Source: Candidatus Omnitrophota bacterium | Lineage (GTDB): Bacteria > Omnitrophota > Gorgyraeia > Aquiviventales > Aquiviventaceae | DNA: 63,610 bases | NCBI GenBank assembly: GCA_016190215.1 | Contig: JACPRA010000039.1 | Coordinates: 1-63,610, forward strand | Direction: 5' to 3' | Shown here: piece after piece, positions 56,791 to 63,610 of the stretch | How the letters are laid out: each line of letters opens with the position of its first letter | Numbering within the stretch: position 1 is the stretch's first letter | Program-made: the position numbers and the translations under genes | Notes under the pieces: model-generated | Seen by the model: the letters and a program-made list of their open reading frames with translations, nothing else | Databases searched by the model: none | Told to the model about the DNA's origin: nothing

Positions 56791-57315
56791 CTAGGGCACA
56801 CGCAACACCTGAACCAGGAGGCTCGCACGAAGTTCCCGGTCGGCCATCGGCACGCTGGAGAGCTGTACCCGCTCAATGACCAACAATCGGTTCATGCCGA
56901 AAAGTCCGTCCACAAATCGCAACACCTGTTCCTGCGGACCCTCGATTTCCAGCTCCACCTCGCGACCGGTTCCCGCCGCGCCAGGCGCCTGCCGGGGTTT
57001 CAGGCTGAGGGGCAGCGCGACGTTTCGGGAGAGCGCCTCCAACTCGCTTAACACAGCATCAATGCCCTGCTCCTCCGCCGTCACGTAGGGGGCTGCCGCC
57101 CGGTACTCGCGTTCAATGGCCGGCGCCTCTTCCATCAGCCGGTTCAGCGCCTGCAGTTTCTCTGTGCGAGCTTCCACCAGGCTGGTGGCGGCCCGCACGT
57201 CATGCCACAGCGGCTCAACCACACCAGCCAGCAGCATCCAGCCGCCGATGATGATCGCGGCCAACAACCCCAGCCGGCGCTCGCGAGGTTGCAGATCCCG
57301 CATGATGCGCGGCAT
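56791..57315 (-). CDS. GspM/PilO-like assembly platform protein
   Basis: Short cytoplasmic N-terminus, one TM helix, coiled-coil, ferredoxin-like C-terminus; sits directly after the L-like gene. Confidence 0.55.
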   Translation of the reverse strand: MPRIMRDLQPRERRLGLLAAIIIGGWMLLAGVVEPLWHDVRAATSLVEARTEKLQALNRLMEEAPAIEREYRAAAPYVTAEEQGIDAVLSELEALSRNVALPLSLKPRQAPGAAGTGREVELEIEGPQEQVLRFVDGLFGMNRLLVIERVQLSSVPMADRELRASLLVQVLRVP

Positions 57316-58664
57316 TATTGCATCGCCATCTCTACCTCGAATTCCACGCGATCGCCCCCGGAGCCCGGCCGTGGCGTGGCATATTTCAGCGTCGAGCTTT
57401 CCACGCCGTCCACGCGCCCCAACTGTTTGGCGTAATCGAGCACCATCTGAGTCGAGGGGGCTTCTCCGCGCAGTACTAAACTCTGTCGAGCGCGCTCAAA
57501 CGCCACACGCTCCAATACCAGACCGACCGGCGCGCTCCCCAGCACCTCCCCCAGCATCACCGAGATCCGCCGGCGCGCCTCGATCGCCTCGCGCACGTGG
57601 CGGGAAACACGGCGCTGATCTTGCAGGCGGTTCACGTCCGGCTCCAGCGCGCGAATGGCTTCATCAAGCCGGCGCGCCGCCTGCTGCTGTCGGGACAGGC
57701 GCAGCTCCATCCACCCGATGCCCAGCGCCGCGGCCACGCTGAATAGCGCGCCCACGATCATCAGCTCTCGGGACTGCCGGCGGTGGCGCGCCTGGGCCCG
57801 CACCTCAGGCGGAGCCAGGTCCAGCACGTTCGCCAGGTCGGCCACCGCCAGAGCTCCCGCGACCACCGAGGCCCCTTCGATCACACTGACCTGAAGGCCG
57901 CATCGCTGAGCCAACAGCCCGTGCCACTCACTCAATGCGCCGAATCCGGTCAAGACCACGGAGCGCACCTCCGCCTCCGGCAATCCTTTGCGGAGGACCG
58001 CCCGGCACTGCTCCACCTCCTGAACCAACAGCTCCACCGCCTGTTCCGAGGTCGTCCAATCGTGCGCCCCCGCCGCCACCCCGCGGCTCGATAAGATCCG
58101 GCCGCCCTCAATGACCACCACGTCTGTCCGAGTGTCGTCCACGTTCACCACGAGGACGGGTTCGACGATGGGTGCCGCCGGTTGGTTGCGGCGATACCAC
58201 TCCGCAACCCCGGAGGAGCTGACCGCCAGCCGGTCGGGCGCAAACCCAGCCTCGCGAAAGAGCGTGAGGTAGCGTTCCACGACCTGGCGCTGGCACACTG
58301 CCAAGAGAACCGTGCTCACTCCGTCCCGCTGGCTCACCACGGAGAAGTCCGTCACCGCCTGCTCGGCCGGATACGGCAGATGGGCTTTGGCATGGAGGGC
58401 CACCATGCGCCCGAGCTCCTCCGCATCAACTGATGGAAAGTTCACCAAGCGGGTGATGACTTCCTCCCGAGGAATCACACCGATGACCTGGGCTGATCCA
58501 ACCTTGGCCCGCTTGCGCAGCTCGCGCAGCGCGTTGGCCGCGTCCGTCTCGGCATGGCGGCTGGCCGCCATCATTTCCGGTTGAACCTGGCCGCGGCGCC
58601 GCTGAGCCACCGCCATGCGCACGGACGCGCGCGTCCATTCCACCACCACTCGCACCGGCATCAC
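57315..58664 (-). CDS. GspL-like (PilM actin-like domain fused to a PilN-like TM/periplasmic domain)
   Basis: About 280-aa actin/FtsA-like cytoplasmic domain, TM helix LMIVGALFSVAAALGIGW, coiled-coil and periplasmic domain. Confidence 0.6.
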   Translation of the reverse strand: MMPVRVVVEWTRASVRMAVAQRRRGQVQPEMMAASRHAETDAANALRELRKRAKVGSAQVIGVIPREEVITRLVNFPSVDAEELGRMVALHAKAHLPYPAEQAVTDFSVVSQRDGVSTVLLAVCQRQVVERYLTLFREAGFAPDRLAVSSSGVAEWYRRNQPAAPIVEPVLVVNVDDTRTDVVVIEGGRILSSRGVAAGAHDWTTSEQAVELLVQEVEQCRAVLRKGLPEAEVRSVVLTGFGALSEWHGLLAQRCGLQVSVIEGASVVAGALAVADLANVLDLAPPEVRAQARHRRQSRELMIVGALFSVAAALGIGWMELRLSRQQQAARRLDEAIRALEPDVNRLQDQRRVSRHVREAIEARRRISVMLGEVLGSAPVGLVLERVAFERARQSLVLRGEAPSTQMVLDYAKQLGRVDGVESSTLKYATPRPGSGGDRVEFEVEMAMQ

Positions 58665-59629
58665 TCGCGCGCTCCTTCCCGCCAGGCCAGCACGGTGGGG
58701 CGCATCCCTTCCGCGCCTCGGCGCACCACCGCCTCCACGCGGGCTCGGGCCGGCACCGGCCCCTCCACCAGGCCTTCGGCCACCACGAGGAATGTCTTGG
58801 ATGTGACTCCGAACTTCGCCCGGACGTTCTGAAACTCCGAGTCGCCTGGGTCAAACGGCGCCGGCACGCTGGGATCGTCGGTGGCCACGTCCGGCGCGAG
58901 ACGAAGGAAGTAATGCCCGCGTCCGCGAAACGACATCACCGCCTCGATGAGCGCCGGGCTCAGGCCCACGGCTCGCAGCGCCTCCCGCCCGGCGGTATTG
59001 ATATTGACCAAACTACCGGGCTCCAGCCATGGGCTGGCCGCCTGCTGCAACGCCTGGAACATCTCGTCCGTCATCCCCGGAATCTCGCGAAGTTCTTCTG
59101 GCGCGGCAAATGGAGCATCCTTCGGGACATAGGGCGGACCAACGGACGCGGTTTCCGTAGCGTCGGGCGGGTCGCGATAGTCGAGGATGGCCGCCGCCAG
59201 CGCCTCCGGCACGCCCAACCGCGCCAACGTCTCAGGTTCGGCAGTATTGAGATTGATCTTCCGCTCCTCATCGCTCATGCGCACCGTGAGCGTGCTAGCC
59301 ATGGAGCCTGTCCCTGCTGGAAGTTGCACGACCCGCTGGGCGGGATTATCCGGCGCAGCTTCGGGCGGCGCCGCCCAGTCGTCGCCCAACCAGTCCACGG
59401 CGTCGGCCGCGGGCCGGCCGGGAGTCGCGTCGTCCATCAAGCGTTGCAGCGCCACCGTAATGCCGCTGCGTGCCAGCAGGCTGGCCTGGGCCTGGCTCAG
59501 GCGGTATTTCGTCAGCCGCACATCCACCGATAGATATCGCGCGATCGTCACCGCCAACACCGAGAGCACCACCACCAGCCACAATGTGATGAGAAGCAGC
59601 GAGCCGGAGCGCGCACCGAATCGGATCAT
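58661..59629 (-). CDS. gspK: GspK-like minor pseudopilin
   Basis: SGSLLLITLWLVVVLSVLA N-terminus; two helix-hairpin-helix-like motifs INLNTAEPETLARL and VNINTAGREALRAVG. Confidence 0.7.
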   Translation of the reverse strand: MIRFGARSGSLLLITLWLVVVLSVLAVTIARYLSVDVRLTKYRLSQAQASLLARSGITVALQRLMDDATPGRPAADAVDWLGDDWAAPPEAAPDNPAQRVVQLPAGTGSMASTLTVRMSDEERKINLNTAEPETLARLGVPEALAAAILDYRDPPDATETASVGPPYVPKDAPFAAPEELREIPGMTDEMFQALQQAASPWLEPGSLVNINTAGREALRAVGLSPALIEAVMSFRGRGHYFLRLAPDVATDDPSVPAPFDPGDSEFQNVRAKFGVTSKTFLVVAEGLVEGPVPARARVEAVVRRGAEGMRPTVLAWREGARE

Positions 59630-60321
59630 TCCGGAGAGCCGCCGGCGGCGTCCCGCGGGGGCAAAATGCCCGAGGGAATCGCGCACACCCGTCGGAGCGG
59701 CGGTCCGTTGGAGCGCTGGAGGACGACCTCCACCAGGCGCGGCAGCTCAGGCAGGCGATTCCATTGATCGCTCCATGCCGACGGCCCGCCGGCCTCCGGC
59801 GTCGCGACGGCGTAGCGGAACGCGGCGCGCTCGCAGCCCGGCAGCAGCAGACGCGCCAGCGGTTCCTGGCCGGCCCGGGCCTCTGTCGGCGATTGGCTCA
59901 GCCTCCAGAATCCCAACACGCCGTCGCGGGATTCACACACATAGCGCACCCATTCCACCCGCGCGGGGCTGCGGCCGGCGGACATCCAGGTCCGCCACTG
60001 GGCGGCCTCTGAGCCAAATCGGATCGCCGCGCCGCTGACCGAATCCTCCGGCGCCGGAACCTGCTCATCGCGGATGGCGCAGGACAGATCACGTTCCAGC
60101 CGATCGAGCGCGACCCATTGGCGCTGCCGATCTTCAGAGGTTTCCGACACCCGACGCCAGACCATGATCCCGCCCTGCAGATGGCTGAAGAACCCCACCA
60201 TCAGAATGGACGTCATCGTCGAGGCGACCATCAACTCCACCAAGGTAAATCCCAGAGCCGCTCGAGGCTCGAGGCTCGAGGCTCGAGGCAAAAGCGGATT
60301 TATCGACGGCGATTGCTGCAT
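59626..60321 (-). CDS. GspJ-like minor pseudopilin with a 24-aa leader
   Basis: Prepilin motif LG/FTLVELMVA after the leader MQQSPSINPLLPRASSLEPRAAL; position between the I-like and K-like genes. Confidence 0.6.
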   Translation of the reverse strand: MQQSPSINPLLPRASSLEPRAALGFTLVELMVASTMTSILMVGFFSHLQGGIMVWRRVSETSEDRQRQWVALDRLERDLSCAIRDEQVPAPEDSVSGAAIRFGSEAAQWRTWMSAGRSPARVEWVRYVCESRDGVLGFWRLSQSPTEARAGQEPLARLLLPGCERAAFRYAVATPEAGGPSAWSDQWNRLPELPRLVEVVLQRSNGPPLRRVCAIPSGILPPRDAAGGSPE

Positions 60322-60353
60322 GTCCCTTGAGCCTCGAGCCTTCAGCCTTGAGC
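60260..60353. repeat. heptamer-arm hairpin: (gctcgag)x4 / (ccttgag cctcgag ccttcag ccttgag)
   Basis: Complementary 7-nt arrays about 30 nt long. The 34-nt AT-richer loop holds the gspJ-like ATG (60319-60321). One arm is coding (PRASSLEPRAA). Confidence 0.8.
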
Positions 60354-60377
60354 TAAGACGTGTTTTCCCGCAACCTG

Positions 60378-60833
60378 TTAAAACCATTCCGGCGGCACCC
60401 AGTCGGTGGGATAGACGGCGGAGAGCGTCAGGGGAGCCGAAGAAGCTCCCTCCTGGCGCACCGTCAGCTCCAGCTCGCTCAACGGCACGCTGGTTCCCCG
60501 CGCAGGCAGCGCCTGCGCGCGAAGCGTCCAGCGCACCGCCTGGTTGGGCGCGGGAAACAGCACGTCGCGAATATCCCGAGGCAAACCGCGCGGGTCTGCG
60601 ACGAGACGGGCGTCAAGTTCCCGCCACTGCTCCTGGGCCAAGGCCAGCAGCCGGTCGCGCTCGTCCATCACCCGGATGGCGCGGAGTTGGCTGGACAGCC
60701 CCCGGCTGACGAACACGACCCCCACCGCCAGGACGACGGCTGAGAGGACAGCCTCAAGAAGGAGAAACCCGCTCCGTCTCTCCCTGCGAGACGGGCCGGC
60801 CTGTTGTGACGCGCGTTTCACCGGTTGTGTCAT
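60378..60833 (-). CDS. GspI-like minor pseudopilin
   Basis: SG/FLLLEAVLSAVVLAVG prepilin-type N-terminus; about 150 aa; overlaps the 3' end of the H-like gene, so the start is uncertain. Confidence 0.55.
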   Translation of the reverse strand: MTQPVKRASQQAGPSRRERRSGFLLLEAVLSAVVLAVGVVFVSRGLSSQLRAIRVMDERDRLLALAQEQWRELDARLVADPRGLPRDIRDVLFPAPNQAVRWTLRAQALPARGTSVPLSELELTVRQEGASSAPLTLSAVYPTDWVPPEWF

Positions 60834-61290
60834 CCACCGTAATCGTGTAGGCGAGGCCCTCCGCTTGGAGTATCAGCGTCGTGGCCTCGCTGGTCCCATC
60901 TGGAAACATCTGCAGGCAATCGCATGCCGCCCGCACCCCCTGCCTGGTGACCTGTACCGAGAGATTCTTCGAAAGCGGAGGGCCGTCCCGTCCCAGCTCA
61001 GCGTCGGAGCCCTGCGCTGCCGATTCGATCCGGGTCTGATGAGTGTTGGCATCCCACCGCCACGTCAGCGGGCGGGATTGCAGCACCGCCTGCGCCCGAG
61101 CGAGGCGAAGGCTTTGCGCCATCGTATACGCCGCCTGCTCGACCCGAAGGCGATGCGCCGTCTGCTGCAATCTCGGGACCGCCCCCGTCACCAGGATCGC
61201 CAGCGTGGCGGACACCAAGACCACCTCAATGAGCGTAAATCCTTGGAGGGGCACGGGGCGAGGGGCATGGGGCACAGGACTCAACCGCAT
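60754..61290 (-). CDS. GspH-like minor pseudopilin with a 17-aa leader
   Basis: MRLSPVPHAPRPVPLQG/FTLIEVVLV. Start taken at ATG 61290 in the hairpin loop. Confidence 0.6.
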   Translation of the reverse strand: MRLSPVPHAPRPVPLQGFTLIEVVLVSATLAILVTGAVPRLQQTAHRLRVEQAAYTMAQSLRLARAQAVLQSRPLTWRWDANTHQTRIESAAQGSDAELGRDGPPLSKNLSVQVTRQGVRAACDCLQMFPDGTSEATTLILQAEGLAYTITVDDTTGETRVTTGRPVSQGETERVSPS

Positions 61291-61330
61291 GATTCTGTTG
61301 TTTTCACCCTGCCCCCTGTCTCCTGCCCCA
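61245..61330. repeat. heptamer-arm hairpin: (aggggca cggggcg aggggca tggggca) / (ccctgcc ccctgtc tcctgcc cca)
   Basis: A G4-tract array faces a C-rich array. The 26-nt loop holds the gspH-like ATG. The G-rich arm is the antisense of the leader-peptide codons. Confidence 0.8.
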
Positions 61331-61333
61331 TAT

Positions 61334-61765
61334 TCATTGCCAGTTTGCAACGTCGTCGCGTCCCGGCTGGCCGTCCGGACCCAATGACGAGAGATCGTAA
61401 TCCTGACCGTGCTGTGATTCGCGTTGATACAGATACGGCCGCCCCCACGGGTCGTTCGGCAGCCCGCGCTTCAGATAGGGGCCGCGCCACCTGCCCCGAG
61501 TCTCTTCATCCAGCTCCGAGGGCGCATCCCGGGCGATCAACGGATCCAGCCTCGACGGATAGGCGCCGGTGTCCAATTCATACAAGTCTAACGCCAGCCC
61601 GATGGCCGCAAGATCGGAGGCGGCGCGGGCCGTCTTCGCCTGCTCGGTGCGGCCGGCCATCCGCGGCACCACCATGGCGGCCAACACGCCGATGATGACC
61701 ACCACCAGCATCAACTCCACCAGCGTGAATCCCTTGAGGGGCAAGGGGCATGGGGCAAGGGGCAT
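61334..61765 (-). CDS. gspG: major pseudopilin GspG
   Basis: MPLAPCPLPLKG/FTLVELMLVVVIIGVLAAMVVP....A.......DL..I..AL..Y..D.G.YP, then PNDPWG.PY.Y. An alternative upstream ATG at 61843 overlaps the gspF stop. Confidence 0.85.
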   Translation of the reverse strand: MPLAPCPLPLKGFTLVELMLVVVIIGVLAAMVVPRMAGRTEQAKTARAASDLAAIGLALDLYELDTGAYPSRLDPLIARDAPSELDEETRGRWRGPYLKRGLPNDPWGRPYLYQRESQHGQDYDLSSLGPDGQPGRDDVANWQ

Positions 61766-61819
61766 GGGACGACCCCGTGTATCCCAAGAGATTCTGCTTG
61801 GTTCACACCCCTGCCCCAT
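61736..61819. repeat. heptamer-arm hairpin: (aggggca aggggca tggggca aggggca tggg) / (cacacccctgccccat)
   Basis: Long G4-tract array with a shorter C-rich partner. The array covers the gspG start codon and leader codons. Confidence 0.7.
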
Positions 61820-61839
61820 AAGGCATGCGTTGACTGTGC

Positions 61840-63057
61840 TCATTGCACGACCAATCCGATTTGAAACACCGGCAGCAGCATTGCCAACACAATCACCATG
61901 ACCATCCCTCCAACGAACAGCAACAACACCGGTTCCAACACCGTGGTCAGCAGGCGCACGGCGCGCTCGATCTCCCGCTCGTAGACGGCGGCGATCTTCA
62001 GCAGCGCGCCATCCACCGTGCCGCTCTCTTCTCCCACCGCCACCATGTGATGCACCGCCGCCGGAAACGCTCCCGTCGCGGCCAAGGCGCCGGCCAACCC
62101 GGCCCCGCCCCGGATGGCATCCTGGACGCCGACGATCGCCTGCTGCAGCCAGCCGCGTCCCAGGTGCCGGCTCCCCACCTCCAGCGCCTGCAGCATGGGC
62201 ACGCCCTGGCGGACCATGATGCCCACACTGCGCACGAAGCGTTCGATCTCCAGCTTCCGCAGCAGCGCGCCAATCCCAGGAAGCCGCAGCAGCAGCCGAT
62301 CCAGCGCCTGGCGGCGCGCCGGATCTTTCAGCCACCGCATCCCAACACCCGCCGCGCCGATGCCGGCGATCGCCAGCGCCCACCACCAGCGCGTGAATAG
62401 CGCGCTGATGCTCACGAGCAGCCGGGTCGGCCACGGCAGCGCTTGGCCGGACTCGAGAAAGACCAACGACAGCTTTGGGATCACGTACACCAGCAAAAAG
62501 ACGGTCATGCCTAACGCCACGCACAGCACAAAGATGGGATAGGCCGCAGCGCCGGCCACCCGGTCCCGCAGATCAGCTTCATGCTCCCCCAGCTCCGCCA
62601 ACCGGTTGAGGGCGTCCTGCAAGGTGCCCCCGGCTTCTCCCGCGCGGATCATGCTGCGATAGAGCGGCGGAAAGATGTCCGGGTGGTCAGCCACCGCTTC
62701 GCTCACGGACCGCCCCTGCTGGACGGCCGCGGCCAGCTCGTTGATGACCTGCCGAAGCGCGGGATGCTCGGTCTGCTTGGCCAGCAGCGACAGCGCCCCG
62801 GCCACCGGCACGCCGCCGCCGAGCACATCCGCCCATTGCTGCGTCATCGTCGCCAGCGCCCTGACCGAGACGCGCCGGAACGCCAGCCGATGGCGCAACG
62901 AGGCCGGCGCACGGACTTCGGCCACCGACACCGGCACGATTCCGCTTCTTCCTAATTGGGTAATGGCGGCAATCTCATCATCCGCCTCCAGCGTGCCTTC
63001 TACCAGCTCGAATGCGGAGGTTTTGGCTCGATACGCAAATCGGGGCATGCGCGTCAC
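61840..63057 (-). CDS. gspF: GspF/PilC-family platform protein
   Basis: Two repeats of the T2SF domain (SM..AGE.GG.L...L and AVGEESG.VD..L), three TM segments. Confidence 0.9.
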   Translation of the reverse strand: MTRMPRFAYRAKTSAFELVEGTLEADDEIAAITQLGRSGIVPVSVAEVRAPASLRHRLAFRRVSVRALATMTQQWADVLGGGVPVAGALSLLAKQTEHPALRQVINELAAAVQQGRSVSEAVADHPDIFPPLYRSMIRAGEAGGTLQDALNRLAELGEHEADLRDRVAGAAAYPIFVLCVALGMTVFLLVYVIPKLSLVFLESGQALPWPTRLLVSISALFTRWWWALAIAGIGAAGVGMRWLKDPARRQALDRLLLRLPGIGALLRKLEIERFVRSVGIMVRQGVPMLQALEVGSRHLGRGWLQQAIVGVQDAIRGGAGLAGALAATGAFPAAVHHMVAVGEESGTVDGALLKIAAVYEREIERAVRLLTTVLEPVLLLFVGGMVMVIVLAMLLPVFQIGLVVQ

Positions 63058-63610
63058 GTCACCCGGAGCACTTCCTCAGGGGTGGTCACCCCCTGCGCGA
63101 TCCGCAGCCACCCATCCTGCCTGAGGGTCCGCATGTCGGCGGTTTGCAGCGCCAGGCGCGCCAGCTCATGGGAAGACGCGCGCCGCAGGATGGCTTGGCG
63201 GACCGGCTCGTTGAACACCAAGAACTCATAGATCGCCGTCCGGCCGTGGTAGCCGGTGCCCTTGCAGGCGGGGCAGCCCTGCCCGTAGCGCAGGGTGCGC
63301 GGCGGCGCCTCGCTCAGGCCGAACTCCTCCTGCAGCCCCGGCGGCGCCGGCTGCTCCGCTGCGCAGGCGCGGCAGATCACCCGAACGAGGCGCTGCGCGA
63401 TGAATCCCAGCACGGAGGAGGCCACCAGGAACGGCTCAATGCCCATGTCCAGCAACCGGGTGACGCCGCCGGCGGCATCATTCGTGTGCAGGGTCGAGAA
63501 AACCAGGTGGCCGGTCAGCGCGCTGCGGATGGTGATCTCCGCCGTTTCCGCGTCGCGCACCTCCCCCACCATCATGAGGTCCGGGTCATGCCGCAGCATC
63601 GAGCGCAGAC
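63054..63610 (-). CDS. gspE: GspE/PilB-family secretion ATPase, C-terminal part (5' end outside the window)
   Basis: [38 protein letters not shown], tetracysteine motif CRAC...[11 protein letters not shown]. Confidence 0.9.
   Translation of the reverse strand, partial: LRSMLRHDPDLMMVGEVRDAETAEITIRSALTGHLVFSTLHTNDAAGGVTRLLDMGIEPFLVASSVLGFIAQRLVRVICRACAAEQPAPPGLQEEFGLSEAPPRTLRYGQGCPACKGTGYHGRTAIYEFLVFNEPVRQAILRRASSHELARLALQTADMRTLRQDGWLRIAQGVTTPEEVLRVT

Noticed and set aside
60260-60289. Heptamer tandem arrays as CRISPR or as ordinary microsatellites
   Set aside because: The units are 7 nt with no spacers, so they are not CRISPR. Each array has an inverted partner array a few tens of nt away, and the arrays sit at gene junctions. 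That argues against random slippage microsatellites.
53176-63610. Calling the cluster a type IVa pilus (pilBCMNOPQ) system
   Set aside because: A GspK-like protein with HhH motifs, an H-I-J-K minor pseudopilin set, a GspG-type major pseudopilin (PNDPWG.PY) and an ExeA-like gene favour a T2SS-like assignment. No pilT-like retraction ATPase is in the window. The distinction remains uncertain.

Overview
High-GC bacterial chromosomal segment. All recognisable genes but one lie on the minus strand, and many are joined by 1-4 nt stop/start overlaps. Reading the minus strand from high to low coordinates: (1) a type II secretion-like cluster, gspE (cut by the window edge), F, G, H, I, J, K, an L-like gene and an M-like gene. 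A strong internal promoter then drives a MerR-like HTH gene, exeA-like, gspC-like and a secretin. (2) A separately promoted, translationally coupled operon encodes a ~960-aa Ig/dockerin-repeat secreted protein, a 2243-aa SpvB/FG-GAP/RHS protein that looks like a Tc-toxin B-C fusion, and a small AT-richer immunity-like gene. The RHS protein ends in an AT-richer C-terminal module that resembles ADP-ribosyl cyclase. (3) Two tandem paralogous tail-fibre-like secreted proteins flank a truncated RAYT-like transposase gene and short repeats. (4) Housekeeping genes follow: an SDR gene, smc, a riboflavin operon (ribBA-ribH-nusB-PHP-ribD-ribE), tRNA-Pro, exbB-exbD-tonB-like, a KimA-type K+ transporter with a long structured leader, acyP-ligA-xerD, rbfA-truB-ribF, and a complete dcw cluster from mraZ to ftsA. 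The dcw cluster carries a murG-murC fusion and has no ftsZ between ftsA and yggS. The most unusual signal is a family of hairpin elements at gene junctions. Each arm is a tandem array of 7-nt units. The unit sequence differs between copies but the architecture is the same. One copy encloses a whole four-helix-bundle gene, and three copies span the start codons and leader-peptide codons of pseudopilin genes. All calls come from reading the translations and the sequence by eye; no database search was run.
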